DNA of 57,805 nucleotides, counting the filler, from Sphacelaria rigidula (taxonomy: Eukaryota): assembly GCA_964200075.2 (NCBI GenBank). It is 9 parts of 9 records of this genome, joined end to end, with 100 filler letters (N's around TTAATTAATTAA, not from the genome) between each part and the next. Parts side by side here need not be neighbours in the genome. Positions count along the whole stretch, not along the records: positions 12,870 to 19,203 come from CAXNAA020020714.1; positions 19,304 to 25,637 come from CAXNAA020020715.1; 7 more parts are not named here. One strand, written 5' to 3'. Made by a program: the position numbers and the translations under genes. Under the pieces are notes generated by a model. The model was given only the letters and a program-made list of their open reading frames with translations. It was not told the DNA's origin and ran no database searches. Below, piece after piece: positions 12,870 through 25,346 of this stretch (the stretch's first letter is position 1; each line of letters opens with the position of its first letter).

Positions 12870-15800
12870 GGTATTATTCGTCGGTCAGAGTCGGAATGGG
12901 CAGCAAGATCACTCGCGGTACCAAAAAAAGACGGCACGCTACGCCTGTGCCATGACTACAGGGAACTGGATGATCTCACGGAAACAGACAGCGGGGGTCC
13001 GGGGGACATCGAGAGCATGCACGACAGGTTAAGTGGTAACAAATATTTTTCCACATTAAATCTCGCCTCAGGGTACTTTCAACTCGAAATCGAGGAGAAT
13101 GATAAACACAAAACAGCCTTCAGAGACACCCTCGGCCAACTTTGGGAATACAACAGGTGTAGCTTCGGATTGAAAAATCTCCCATCCGGCTTCACCAGAG
13201 GTATATCCAATTCCCCAGGCTCCCTTATAGGTAAAGGAGTTCAGGTATGATTGGACGACATCCTCATCTTTAGCAAAACACTCTCTGGACACCTATACCA
13301 AACACGGAAAGTTCTCTCGGCTCTGTTGGAAGCGAAATACTCTGTCAACTTTGCGAAGTCGTCATGGTGCATGCCTAATCAGGAATTCCTGGGGATGGTG
13401 ATTGACCGCGAGGGAAGACGTCCAGCCCCATCCAAAATCGAGGCAGTCAGTAAACTCTCACCGCCGAACACGGTAGAAGAGCTACGGGCTTTCCTCGGCA
13501 TGGCCAGTTACATGGGATAATTCGTTGACCATGACGGCATTATCGCGGCCCCCCTGACCGACGTCCTACATGATCCCCACTTTCAGTCAAAACGCGCTGG
13601 AAAACTGAGAATCCCTTGGGACGACGGAAAGCAACAAGCTTTTCACAAGTTGAAAGAGGCACTCATATCCCCACCGGTTCTAGCATACCCCTCGTGGGAA
13701 CACCCCTTCACCCTACACACCGATGCGAGTATTTTCGGGGCTGGCGCGATACTGTGCCAAACGACAGATGGCGTCGAGAAGGTAGTAGCATACGCTAGTC
13801 ATCGGTTCCCGCGTACAGACTCACTGAGGGCAGCAACGCATCGAGAATGCATGGCCGTATTGTGGGCGATGGGACACTTCAGACCATATATTACAGGTAG
13901 GAGATTTGACCTCGTTACAGATTGCAGCGCACTACTCTGGTTATTCACAAGTAGAGATCTCGAACCCAAATTACATCGATGGGCCCTACGATTGATTGAT
14001 GGAGTACGACATGACACTACGCCGGAAAGCAAGCACATGCCACCAACTCCCCGATGCTTTATCCCGCCTATTTGGCAACACCGCAGAAGGTACAGATAGA
14101 TGTTGACGACGCTTTTCCGGATGACTCCACCCTAAAATCCGACCGGTGCACGAAGGGCCCGCAAGGACCGGTGTTGGACGGAGTCCCCTTGAACCAACTA
14201 GGGGAAAAGAAAGGGATACTGGTGGGATCTTCTTCCATCACAGCGCTGTGGTCGATGACAGCCCCGACAGACAGCAAGGACTCCCCTACAAATGAATTCA
14301 CACAGCAAGAACCTGGCCAGATACCTGACACACAAACACAGGAAGCGGAAGTAAGTGGAACGATGACTCAGCTGTTGGAAATGCCATTCGCCCGAGAAAA
14401 GGTGGCAGCGCTGCATGATGACGTTCAAAATAAACCACGCAGATCTAACAGAGCCCGCACCCGTTCTGTCAGACTCAAGGATTTCATAACCGACGAACCA
14501 ATTTCCGTACCGCGGAGCATCCCCCCAGCCCACACAGACTCCCAGCGGACACTGTCGAGCAGCCAGGAATCGAGTCCAGTTATCGTCGAGGAACCCAAGA
14601 ACATCCACTCCAGAAGTGGCTCACCCAATAGTCACGACTCGGTCATCAACAGAGCGATCAATACTCTATCTGATTTACCCAGCCTAATCGAGAACCAGAA
14701 AAACGACCCTCACCTGAGCCAGATCCGAGCTTCTCTACTCAACGAGACGGAAAAGGCATCAGGAACTACATCAGATAGCTACATCATAGACGACCATGGC
14801 CTGTTGTGGCACACCGGAAATAAGAATAGACCAACGCTAGCCATTCCACGACAGCTTGTTCCTGACCTAATAGCACTTGTACACGCACACTACGGACACA
14901 CGGGAGTAGCGCACACCACGATCCTGCCACGAAATCATTTTCACTGGAACAGTATGAACAAAGACTGCCGTGACTACGTCCTCTCGTGCGGCTGCAGACG
15001 CAGGAAAAGAGCACAAACTCAACAGGTGGCAATGCTACTGAGCCGATGTCTACTTCCCTGGGATGTGCTAGAAATCGACTTTCAGGATATTCATTGTACA
15101 TCCGCATCAGGCAACCGATACATACTACTGATAGTCGACCGAGCTTCGAAGTTTCTCTTCACATATCCCACACCTACGAAGGAGTCAGCACCGGTAGCCC
15201 GCATCCTGTTGAACCTGGGTCTAACATTCGGCATACAAAGATCTATCCGCAGCGACAAAGGGGGAGAGTTCGCAGCAAGTGTAGTAAGGGATCTATGCAG
15301 ATGGCCCAGGGTATATCTGGACTACGGACCCGCAGAACATCCGAGAGGTCAGGGGACAGTTGAAAGGGCGGGGGCTTGGATGCATGACACACTCTCCGAA
15401 CTATGCAAATCATGGCCTGGCAGGTGGGACGAGTACGTGAATCCAGCATGCTGGATCAAACGTACACTTCCAGACCCATCCATCCCTTCCAACATGTCCC
15501 CGTTTGAAATCCTTTTCGGCCGATATCCTAGAACCACTCTAGACATCCTAGTACCACAGATGGACGGTGATGACTCCGCGACAGGCCTGGACAACTTCGT
15601 TGAACAGAGGAAACGAAAACTAGACCAGGTTAAGCGGGTCCTGGAAACAAGACAGCAGAACAAACAAAAAGAAGACATCGACTTGAAACAAAAATCACAA
15701 GGCACTCCCCAGGAACGTCGGCTAAAATAGGAGATCTGATGCTAGTTCGTAAACTAGAAAGTACGTTGCATAGGGATGGTCAGCACCAAAAACTAACACA

Positions 15801-16440
15801 CCAAAAATGGACGGGACTGTGGGAGGTAACAGCAACCCCTATTCCGGGAATCAGTGTAGAGGTATCGATGCAAGGAAAGAAACTACGCCACAGGACCGTC
15901 TCCACCACGGCGCTTAAACCGTTTCATCAACGTCGACCTGAACTGAGACACGCAATGGAGGATGAGTTCGCCCAGCTAGCTTGGGGACCGGACCTAGGAC
16001 TCGCTGACACCTCTGCAGTAGCCTCACCTCTGTACACACTGACGAACAGGAAGCGTACAACTACGGCACCTACATCAACGGTGTGGGAGTACAAAGGCAG
16101 GTACCAGGATGGACAGGAATCCGACTGGCTGACGGAAGCGGAAGTATTGGACAGCTTTTCCCCCCTCCAACGAGATGTGTTTCATGCAATATGGGACATG
16201 TATCACCCGTCGGTGAGACCCTACCCACAATGTAGCAGGGACGAGTCCACACAGACAAAAGACAGGGACGAGGTGCTGATCATGTACCCTATAGGAACAC
16301 AGGTGAGGTGTTCTGCGGACGACGGAGTAGGCGAAGGAGTAGGGACAGGCGAGGTATATGATTACCTTGATCCATACTGGCGAGTGAAATACCCGAACGG
16401 TGAGTGGTTGGAGTTCAGCAGAAGGGAAATGCGTAAATGA
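12870..16440 (+). pseudogene. pol: Ty3/Gypsy pol (RT - RNase H - integrase - chromodomain - Tudor-like), disrupted by stops and frameshifts
   Basis: RT: GIIRRSESEWA..VPKKDGTLRLCHDYR, FSTLNLASGYFQL, KTAF, FGLKNLP, V*LDDILIFS. RNase H: LHTDASIFGAGAIL, RECMAVLWA, VTDCSAL. Integrase: H-x3-GH...CGC, LEIDF, IRSDKGGEF, GTVER, SPFEILFG, KWTGLWEV. Domain order RT-RH-IN. Confidence 0.95.
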
Positions 16441-16780
16441 GCATTTTCGAAGTAAGTGATACTCAACACACCCCGTCACTGAATCTACGCCATCAGACGC
16501 GTATCCTCCCGAGTGAGTGCCCCACAGGTGCAGAACCCAACGCAGGGTTGAACAAGAGGGAACGAGCACTCAAGCTCGGATACGCTACCGGAGATGAGAA
16601 AGTTTCCGGGTCCCATGGGTGCAGCCGAAAATTGGGTGCAGCCAAAACGGGCCTCTATCCCGTATTCCCAACCATAGAGGTGTGAGTGGAGTTTCCTCCT
16701 TCCATTTCACACGGCCTTCGAGCGATTGCGCTGGTCTCTACTCAATATGTGATGCCTGGTAAAACAATTGGCAAATCTAT

Positions 16781-17244
16781 TGAGGAGGGATGTTACAGGG
16801 CGGATAATGACCCTGTATAGTATACTATAGAGCAATTGGATCATGGCTACACTTTCTTCAATCTAATGATGACTTCGTGGGAAATATATCGTGCGACTTT
16901 GCCCCCCACTGGGTCACAAGTGAAAGCACACGAAAGCAACCAATTCTGAAGGCAAACTGATAATCGTCTCCCGACTATTGTATTGCACTTCACATCTGCT
17001 GACCGCTGCTAACAGCACCCATCATCCGCCAAGGATCGACCCACATGCTGAGCGAGGTGCTTGCGCACATATTCACTTCTGCATTTGAACTGAAACAGGC
17101 AAGATCCAACCAGTATTCGGTGGTTCCTACCGTAGGTCTGACCGTATCGGATTGAAAGTGTCACGGTAATTAGGTGGCCAGCGAAGCCTGGTGTGAAACG
17201 TGTCCCCGACTGGTAGAGGTCCCTGCGTACCTAACCCTGGTACA
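16781..17244 (+). mobile_element. Polypurine tract and 3' LTR (16791-17244) of the Gypsy element
   Basis: GAGGAGGGA directly before TGTTACAGGG; imperfect inverted terminus CCCTGGTACA ending at 17244. Confidence 0.7.
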
Positions 17245-19060
17245 TCTTTGCGTCTGCGACACCTCATCACCTTGCCACACAGCCCTTCGTGGTCAGGGTG
17301 GGCCGCTATTTCCCCTTTGTTGCATGCAGCAAATTCCCTTCAAAGGGTATCAGCGTTGCGGCGCGTATGCATACAACAGTATAGTGCAGTACAGTGTAGT
17401 ACGCCTCCCCGACTGAAGCAGCAGCTGCCGCTGCGTACTCCCTTGCACGTTCTGGGTAATTCTCAGCTACCGAAATCAGCTGCCTGTAAACAGCTTTGTC
17501 ATCCCCGTCCACTACATACATGTGGACTGCACACTGCGAGTCATTGGCAGAGGGATACGCAGAATTCAGTACGGTAGCTCATTTTGTCTTTCCACAGCCC
17601 TCCTGGGTTTTGTGCCTCGTAAAAATGACCACATGGTAGCATGTACACTCGTTCCCGTTTTTTTCCTGTCCATCCTGTGTTAGTGTAAATTACTACGTTT
17701 CAGTATAGAATTGGGATCCAAAAAACACTCCGAAAAAACTCGTGAACGGCATACGGAGAGCAAGCCATACCATAAAACCGAGCTGCGATCACCCTGCACT
17801 CAAACACCTAGGGAGGCTTATCTGGGCTGGGGAAAGGGCCCCCACACGATCTTCGCAGTGGCATCAAACTCGACAACAATCCCCGCGATCGTTCGGGTCT
17901 GGTCGATAAATTTCTTCTCGCCGTGATTGGGCAGGTCGCTCGAAGACATATTTTATATTATTTTACCGACACGGGATCAACCCTGTGTTAGTGGAGGTCC
18001 GGTCCCAAAAGGGTTGATGTGGCAGGTAGCTCGCGGCCCTTCCGCGAGAACTCCCTCTGCGATCCGAACCTGAACCTGGTTGGATTATTCCCTTCGTGCT
18101 TTCGCCGTTCTACAGTACGAGTCGCTGAGCACACAGCTTGAAGAGTCATGCTGCGATAGGAAGGGGGGGATTCGGGCCGTTTTCTTCCACGAAATTCCAC
18201 TACAATCGCCGTTGAAAGCAGCCAAAAGTTGTTCTAACGGGCTCGCTGCCGATGAATAAAGCTCATTCATGCTGCTTCACACCGCTTGTATCCGAATACA
18301 AGCGCACCGCAGGTACTTTCGGTCGTTTGGCGCATCCATGAGCACATTTTTTCGTGGAATTGCATCCCCCCCCCCCTATCGTAGCATGGCTCTGAAGTAT
18401 CTCCATCTCAACGCCAAACACACCGCGCGCATAAGAGGCAGGCGGCGCCGACCACTGCCACTCTAATATGAAACATGAGGCTGGGCGCGAATTTGAAGCC
18501 GCGATCGCTGGGGACTGTACTGTAAAGCAAAGAAATGGCTGGAGTGTGTTTTGTCCACTAGAGTCGGATTTCCACATTTCCGGGTCGCAGGAGTGTATGT
18601 GGAGTGTGTCGAACCTCAACGTATCGCGCAAAGATGTGGCGCGTGAGTGCAACTTCGCCAGTTAACGCCATCAAGTCTAAGGTTGGTTCTAAGTGTGGCG
18701 GCTTGTGCAGAGATCGGATAGGTATGGCTTGGTTTTCCCCGTCCGTGTAGGTACAGTACTCCATGCACGTTTGCTTCTGTTGCAGTCGTCGCCTCGTCCT
18801 TGCTTCGGGTCTGCAAAATGCTGAATTTATTATCCTTAAACATTACTTGTGATTTGACGTTGCTGAAGTCGCGCGTCGAATCCTGGGCGTCATCTGCGGG
18901 GCTTACACCGTCCGTTGATGAGGGGTCGACGCCTATCGTGCCCCCGAGTGGTTCATCGACAATCGCCAGGGGGACCACGTTATCCCAGGAAAATCGAAAC
19001 CTTTACCCGGTCACGATGAGAACATTTCACACGCGCCGCTAACACCTTAGCATTGAGATA

Positions 19061-19203
19061 CAGTGGAGGTCCCGGTTTTAGCGGTTCCCTGTTCAGCGGT
19101 TGGACCCGATTTAGCGGTTCAAAATTCTGCTGACACCGCGGTACCCCGCTTTAGCGGTTGTGTAACCGCTAAATCGGATTGCAACCGGTTTAGCGCGTAT
19201 TTG
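19061..19203. mobile_element. Terminus of a Tc1/mariner-like DNA element with subterminal TTAGCGG repeats
   Basis: TA + CAGTGGAGG start; several (T)TAGCGGTT motifs in both orientations; truncated by contig end. Confidence 0.45.
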
Positions 19204-19303
19204 NNNNNNNNNNNNNNNNNNNNNNNNNNNNNNNNNNNNNNNNNNNNTTAATTAATTAANNNNNNNNNNNNNNNNNNNNNNNNNNNNNNNNNNNNNNNNN
19301 NNN
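19204..19303. other. Artificial contig linker
   Basis: N44-TTAATTAATTAA-N44. Confidence 0.98.
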
Positions 19304-19384
19304 TCCCATTTCGATTTACATGAAGATTTTGCCTCCCAAAACCATGCACTTTTTTGGGGGGGGCTATCGTAGAAAGTGTCAGTC

Positions 19385-19800
19385 GTCGAATTGGGCCGTG
19401 CGTGCAACGTTTCGCGTGACGCTGCTGCACCCCTATAATTCAAGTGATAAGAGACTCTAACTATGGGGGTTATGAGTTCGAATCCCGACATTTTTTTTTT
19501 TTTCCCGTCCGTCGTTAACAGTCAGACCGCGAGGGTGGTCCATCTGGATCGTGCAAACTGTTTGAAGGTAAATTTGACGCCGATTCAACAGATGACCTAC
19601 TGTCGCCGTCTAAGGGTTCAGGTCATATATGATGCAGTGCATTTTTTTCATTTTTTTTTCTGTGTTCAGCTGCGATGCCGTGTCTTACCAGGTTGGTCTG
19701 CACTTCACAGTGATACTCTTACATCGGGTTCGTTCAGGAAACTGGGAAAGCTGAAGTGTGGACAGCGTTTGGCCGCTTTTAAGCTGGTCCAGCCCGTATG
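19385..19800 (+). mobile_element. tRNA-related SINE family 2, interrupted by a TTAA-targeting MITE at 19519-19616
   Basis: Colinear with the reverse complement of 50377-50691; degenerate A box (TAATTCAAGTGATAAG) and B box GAGTTCGAATCCC. Confidence 0.65.
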
Positions 19801-19932
19801 GCATGCATGATCATGAGTACCCCCCCGCGCGCCCCCGCCCTCCCACCCCCCCCGTGCACGGGCAACATACTCCATACTTTGTACAGTACGTAGATCTGCG
19901 TAAACCATACCCTCGAACTACACAACACTCAC

Positions 19933-21014
19933 ATCACGTTACCGTCCCAGTCCACCATACAGCACCGTGCTAGCGCGCTCCGACATCCGCCAGGCCCGAC
20001 CCCGACCATCTCACAATCCAACCCGACGTAAAGAGCTTTCTCAGCGGCCGACATCTGGTCCCGCCCTTTGCCTCTCGCCTCCTTCCCGATCCCACTAGTG
20101 CCGCCCTTCCCCTTCCCTGTGACCTCCTTTTTCTCGAGATCAGCGGCAGCCTGCTGCGCTTGAAACGCCGCGTTAAGGCTGTTCGGTTTCGGCCATTTTC
20201 GATAGTGCTTGCTGTTGCTGTCGAAGCCCTCCTCCTCGGCCTCTTCACGCCGCCCTTTTGTGGCACGTCGGTGGTCGCGGTGGAACCCGTGCGTTTCTCC
20301 GCCACCATGGTGTTCGTGTTTTACGCCGTTCAGCTCACCAACAGTAGCGTGTGTCGCCGATGATTCGTCGTTGGCAGGCCCTCCCACCCGCTTTGTCCGA
20401 CTTCGTTTTCGCCTCTCACCGCTCAGGCCGACTTTCGGCTGGTCCCCGACGCCGCAGTTTGTTGTACTGGTGTGACGACCGCCGGCACCTTGAGACCTGG
20501 TAACTGCCGCAGCTTCTGCGGTAGCTGGATGTTGCAAAGTCCCCTCAACAAAAGCTTGCACCACTGGGTTTTCGGGCCTCCGCCGCTTCTTCTTCTTGGT
20601 CTTACTTGACTTCCCAGCGTCCGCGACTATAGCAGCATTGGTGGTGCCGTTGTGTAATCCCGCCGCGTTTACTGTGGTTGCCTGTGAGGTGGGTTGATTC
20701 AGTAGCTTCTCCCAATTACTTGTCGCACCGTTATTAGCAGCCACGGGCACTCCACAGCGATCCTTACCTTTGTTACGCGTTCTGGACTTGGCCGCGACCG
20801 TGTCATAGAGGCCATTTGAGGGCTGGGCATCGACGCTCGGAGGCGGTTGCTCTGTGACGACTCCAGGCACCGCAGTGCGATGACTGACTGCTGCTACACC
20901 GTTGCTTTTTGCCCCTGCTAAAAGGGACTCCCACCGGCTGGTATCTACCTTCCCCGATGCATGGGAAGACCCTTCAGAAGTGGTTGCACTCTTCGCGCCC
21001 TTCTTCCCCCTCAT
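19933..21014 (-). CDS. REX4: RNA exonuclease 4 (REX4/REXO4, DEDDh), first exon
   Basis: Long basic low-complexity N-terminus, then YVGLDCEMVGVGPGGCRSALARCCMVDWDGNV (ExoI motif DCEMVG typical of REX4); GTGAGT donor at 19932-19927. Confidence 0.9.
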
Positions 21015-21447
21015 CCTGTGTCTTCAGTCAGCTCTGAAGCAATGATCGCTCGTCTGTGTGGCCCGAGTGCATGCGTTGCGGGGTATATCACCCGGGGTGA
21101 GAATAATCCCCAACCTCGAATCTATTTGTAAGCAATGGTTCGTACTGATATGCGATAATGCGATGAACCGAAAAATTATAACTGTCTATTCTGTAAGATA
21201 CTCCTTCCGGGGACACGGTTGCTTTACTTCACAACTAAACCTAGGTTGGATTCCTCTCTAACCCAGCTGATATACCCCGTAGATGACGATACTTGTAGTT
21301 TGTGAAAGGATTTATTCGCACATACCCCAGTTATATGTACAAGGACCCATGTGGAAAGCGTGGGTACCATGCATATCCAATTTAAAAATCTCATGATGAT
21401 CTCCCCTGACCCGAAACAGTGCAGTCCTGACCCGCTTGGAGGGAGGA

Positions 21448-21628
21448 ATGGCCACTATGCAGAGCGATGCCTTCGCCGACTTTCCCTTTTCGCCGTCATC
21501 TCTCTCTTGCAAAGCTCAAGTCGGAACTCCCGTGGTGGACGACGGCGGTAGCTCAGATGATGAGGAGTGGAAGGAAATGAGGGCGTTGTTTGAGCCGAAG
21601 CAGGCTCAATCGACAAGCCAGAACGACG
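21448..21628 (+). CDS. Possible first exon of an unknown protein, divergent from REX4
   Basis: ATG GCC start, protein-like MATMQSDAFADFPFSP...DDGGSSDDEEWKEMRALFEPKQ, candidate G|GTGACT donor; no family recognised. Confidence 0.4.
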
Positions 21629-22761
21629 GTGACTGTCAGTGTCGGGCGGGGTTCAGTGGGGTGGGGATGGAAGTGCCTACGTGTGTGGGTGTTGTCGTCC
21701 TTGTTGATGCTCTTGTTGCTATTGTATTCGGTATTGTTAGCGTAATCGTTGGGATTGTAATCGGTGTCCCCTCCGTGTATTTGTGAAGTTCAACACTGAA
21801 CATCTGCTTGGCCCAGGTGCGACATGTCTCCCACTAATTTTGAGGTTTCATCTCGCGTGTTACAATTTGCTTGTATTATGCCAAGATTGTGCTGTCCTTT
21901 GTTGGTTCATATGTTCAAACGGACTACAGCACTAGCTGCAACCACTTGGTTTCAAGCATGAGAGTACCAAACCAGCACGTTTGAAAGTGCCACGCGCTGC
22001 CTTTTTTGGGAGGTGTCCCGCTAACCCTACGCCTGCCAGGCTCGCATGTGTGAAGCGCAGTAGCTGGATCCCCTCTAGGATAGTGATCATACTGCGATAC
22101 GACTCACACCACATGTACCTGCCGATCAATATTACACTCTCATCTTCCATACTGCGGAGTGTTACGTTCCCTCCGGGGACTTTTCTGCGTTTCCTGCGTA
22201 CGCTTGAGGGATCCCGTAAAGGTTCTGCAGTCTCAGAGTTTCCACCCTGTCTGTGCGAGCTGGCTTGTCCCGGGTTACCCATTCGATGGGATCAGTGTTG
22301 CGTTGGGTTTCCTCCTTCCGTAAAAAAAAAAAAAAATCGACTGCGATGTACTGTAGTAAAGTTGTAAAACTTCGTGGACTCAAAACGACTGCTGCAGTCG
22401 AAGGGTCAACCCCTTGACCGCCGAGGGGTGGTCATCTGTTGAGTCGGCATTTTTTTATTGACCGGTCGATGGATCGATGGATCGATTGATTGATTTTCGT
22501 ACGTTGACTGATTCGAGGGATCCTGCCGTGGTCACATGAAACGCGTAAGGGCCTGTTTTAACCAAACAAGAAAAGTGAGAACCCACCGCGAGAGTGACAG
22601 TGGTTCGGGCGTTTTTTTTTGCTCTTCCGATTGGTTGCCCATCAGCTCTTCACCAATCGGAAGGACGAAAAAAAATGTAGAATCACCAAAAGCGCCTGAA
22701 TCACCTTCACTCTCACAGCGCGTTCTCACTTCTCCCGTCTCATTCAAAACCGGCCCTAAGT

Positions 22762-24788
22762 TAGGGTTGTACATTAACTATTTTTAGGGGTTGATTTTAT
22801 TCTTGATTTTTTCCTCCAAATCGGCTTGATTACATAATGATTAGTTGATTGAATCAACTAATCAACAACACGTCAATTAAATTAATTGACTTGATTAGTT
22901 GATTTTTTCATGTAGAATTCAAGCAGCACACAAGCCAAAAATCGGCTGAATTTTGTCGTGTAACAATGTAGAGCACACGAGCCCGCATACGCAAGCCGAC
23001 AGCAGCAGCACAGCAGTCTTGTGTTCACTATTTTGGCTCAACCTGCTGCATCGGTACTCAAGCACCCCGTCTTTCTGCAGTACCGCTGTATTTTACTTCG
23101 AAGCACTCCCAAATAGGAAACATGTACGCCTCAAACCTGTCTGGCAAACAAAAAAACAATAAAACGAAAGTACATTAAACAGTGTTTTCGTGAAATTGAG
23201 AGTAGAGGATACGATTGAGAGTGAAAAGCGGTCAAATAGTGAATGAATCCGTTTCAGTTCCGAAATGTCCCTCCCCGAGGCCCAACATGCTTTCTGTAGT
23301 AGCTTGCCACTGAGGCCCTTAATATTCCTGAGTAGGATATCGACGTGTAGCTGTGAGCTCACACAAGTGACGGAGGAAAAGAAAAGCGCACACGGAATGA
23401 AAAATTGGCGGGTGATCAAAGCCACTCTCAATCAGCGCTCCACTCTCAATCAGCGCTCCACTCTCAATCTCACGAAAACGTTGTTAGTAGTACCCAGATA
23501 GCACTCGCGTGTAGACGAAGCTCCTTGTTAAGTATTAGCAGCTCATACTATGCATGACTCCGTATATAACAACGTTTTCGTGAGATTGAGAGTAGAGCGC
23601 CGATTGCAAGTGGATTTGTTCAATGGCTTCAACTTAGCCAATTGCTCATCCCGAGTGTGATTCCCTTTGCCTCCATCACTGGCGTATGCTTACAGCTACA
23701 CGTCGATATCCTAATCGGGGATATCGTGGGCCTCAGTGCCAAGCTACTACAGAAAGCATACCGGGCCTCGTGAAGGGGCACTTCGGAACTGAAACGAATC
23801 GTTCACTAATTGGCTGCTTTTCACTCTCAATCGCACCCTCTACTCTCACTCTCACGAAAACATTGTTATATATGACGCCGCGTTGTGGATGTGACTGACG
23901 AGAAAAAATATTGATGCGATGCGAGTATCGCTACAAAACACGTCATGCACGCGAATTTTCCTATTTCTCCCCACTCCCTGAAAGTAGTACTCGAAGATAC
24001 CCTCCCCCACTACAGTGTGGCACAGGTAAATATAACAACGTTTTTGTGAGATTGAGAGTAGAGCGCTGATTGAGAGTGGCTTTGATCATAACAGCCTGGA
24101 TCCGTTTCTGAGGTTCAACATTTGGGTAAGGTTCGACTCGAAAACAGTGCTTTCCCTGACCTGAAGCCACGATCAATGAATTTAACATGGGCGACTTGAT
24201 GCCCCCCGACCTCCCTAAGACTATTTTTGGAGGTTGCCCGCCTTTCGTGTCCCCAAAGCGTATGTGTGAAAGCACCTTTTTGCCTCGATATCGGGGCTGA
24301 AAAGGGGACGTTTTTAGCCCGAAATTGGGGTTGCCCTGGCGCTGGAGAGGGCTCTCCGGGGTTTCCTTATCGCCTACAGCACGTGATTTGCCCTTGCCCG
24401 CCCCGCTCATTGTGTCAAGTTCCGTGTGACCCTCAGTATGCTGCTAGAGTGCGGTGCTACGTGGCGTGGGGTGTGCTGTGTGCTGTGTGCTGATATCTGT
24501 TCGTCGTTGCTAGCGTCTTTTCGGGAGTAGAGTCGATGAGTAGACATATCCGTCCATTGATGGTTGCGCCGCAGGCAAAAAAAAACGTTACACGACGCAA
24601 ACGCCTCTTTTCTTCCTGAAAAAATCAACTCATCATGATTAAATTAAGTTATTTCGACTTGATTGATTTAAGTTGATTAGTTGATTTAAATCCATTAATC
24701 AGCGACGCGTTGATGTGATTGTTGATATAAATCAAATCAACTTTTAAATCAAAATCAACCGTGATTTGATAGTTGATGTACAACCCTA
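22762..24788. mobile_element. Possible non-autonomous hAT-like element, or two inverted ends of one family
   Basis: TAGGGTTGTACAT(T/C)AACTA inverted termini with ~150-bp subterminal GTTGATT/AATCAAC repeats at both ends; no clean TSD. Confidence 0.5.
23178..23868. mobile_element. Two ~305-bp MITE copies in inverted orientation (23178-23486, 23567-23868); a third end at 24033-24090 and a fragment at 2817-2862
   Basis: Shared TAACAACGTTTTCGTGAGATTGAGAGTAGAG termini; the internal GATATCGACGTGTAGCTGT...TTCTGTAGTAGCTTG segment is reverse-complemented between copies. Confidence 0.8.
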
Positions 24789-25346
24789 GCCGTAACCGAG
24801 ATGAAAACAAAACGGAAGTACTCGCTAAAGGAAAGTGAAGAAAGCAGAAAAGTTCAACTTTTCCCATGTGTGATGACGGTGAGCCCCACTTGACAACCCT
24901 CAGGGAGGTTCAAGGGCCCACCTTCATGAGAACGAAAAAAAACTGCGGAGAATGAGGCAAGCATCCAAAATCAGCATGTCGATTGGTGACCAGGTCGCGA
25001 CGACCAATCAATATGCTGCTTTCGGACGCTTACATTGCTCTTCGCTTCTGCTACTGGTCCCGTTACGATGGGGCCCTAAGGGTTGAGTCATTTCCTCCTA
25101 AGATGAACTTTCCAAAGAAGCCCACGTGACTGGTTGCCGCGAGATTACCTTCCGAAACACATGTACGGAGTTTTGAAGGGCAGGTCGAGTGGAGTATACT
25201 CAATTGCGGGGTATATTGAAAGACGTACTTTACTCAAATTAGGGTGGAGTGTTAGGAGTTGTACCCAAAAAATAAGTGGAAAGCGATCCCTAAAACCCTA
25301 CCCCCAAATTGTGTAATTTAAGTATGACTTTCAAAGTACCCCGCAA

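Noticed and set aside
17740..19040. Transposase relic on the minus strand
   Set aside because: Protein-like fragments and a short inverted repeat (~18140-18195 vs ~18350-18398) but no recognisable catalytic motif
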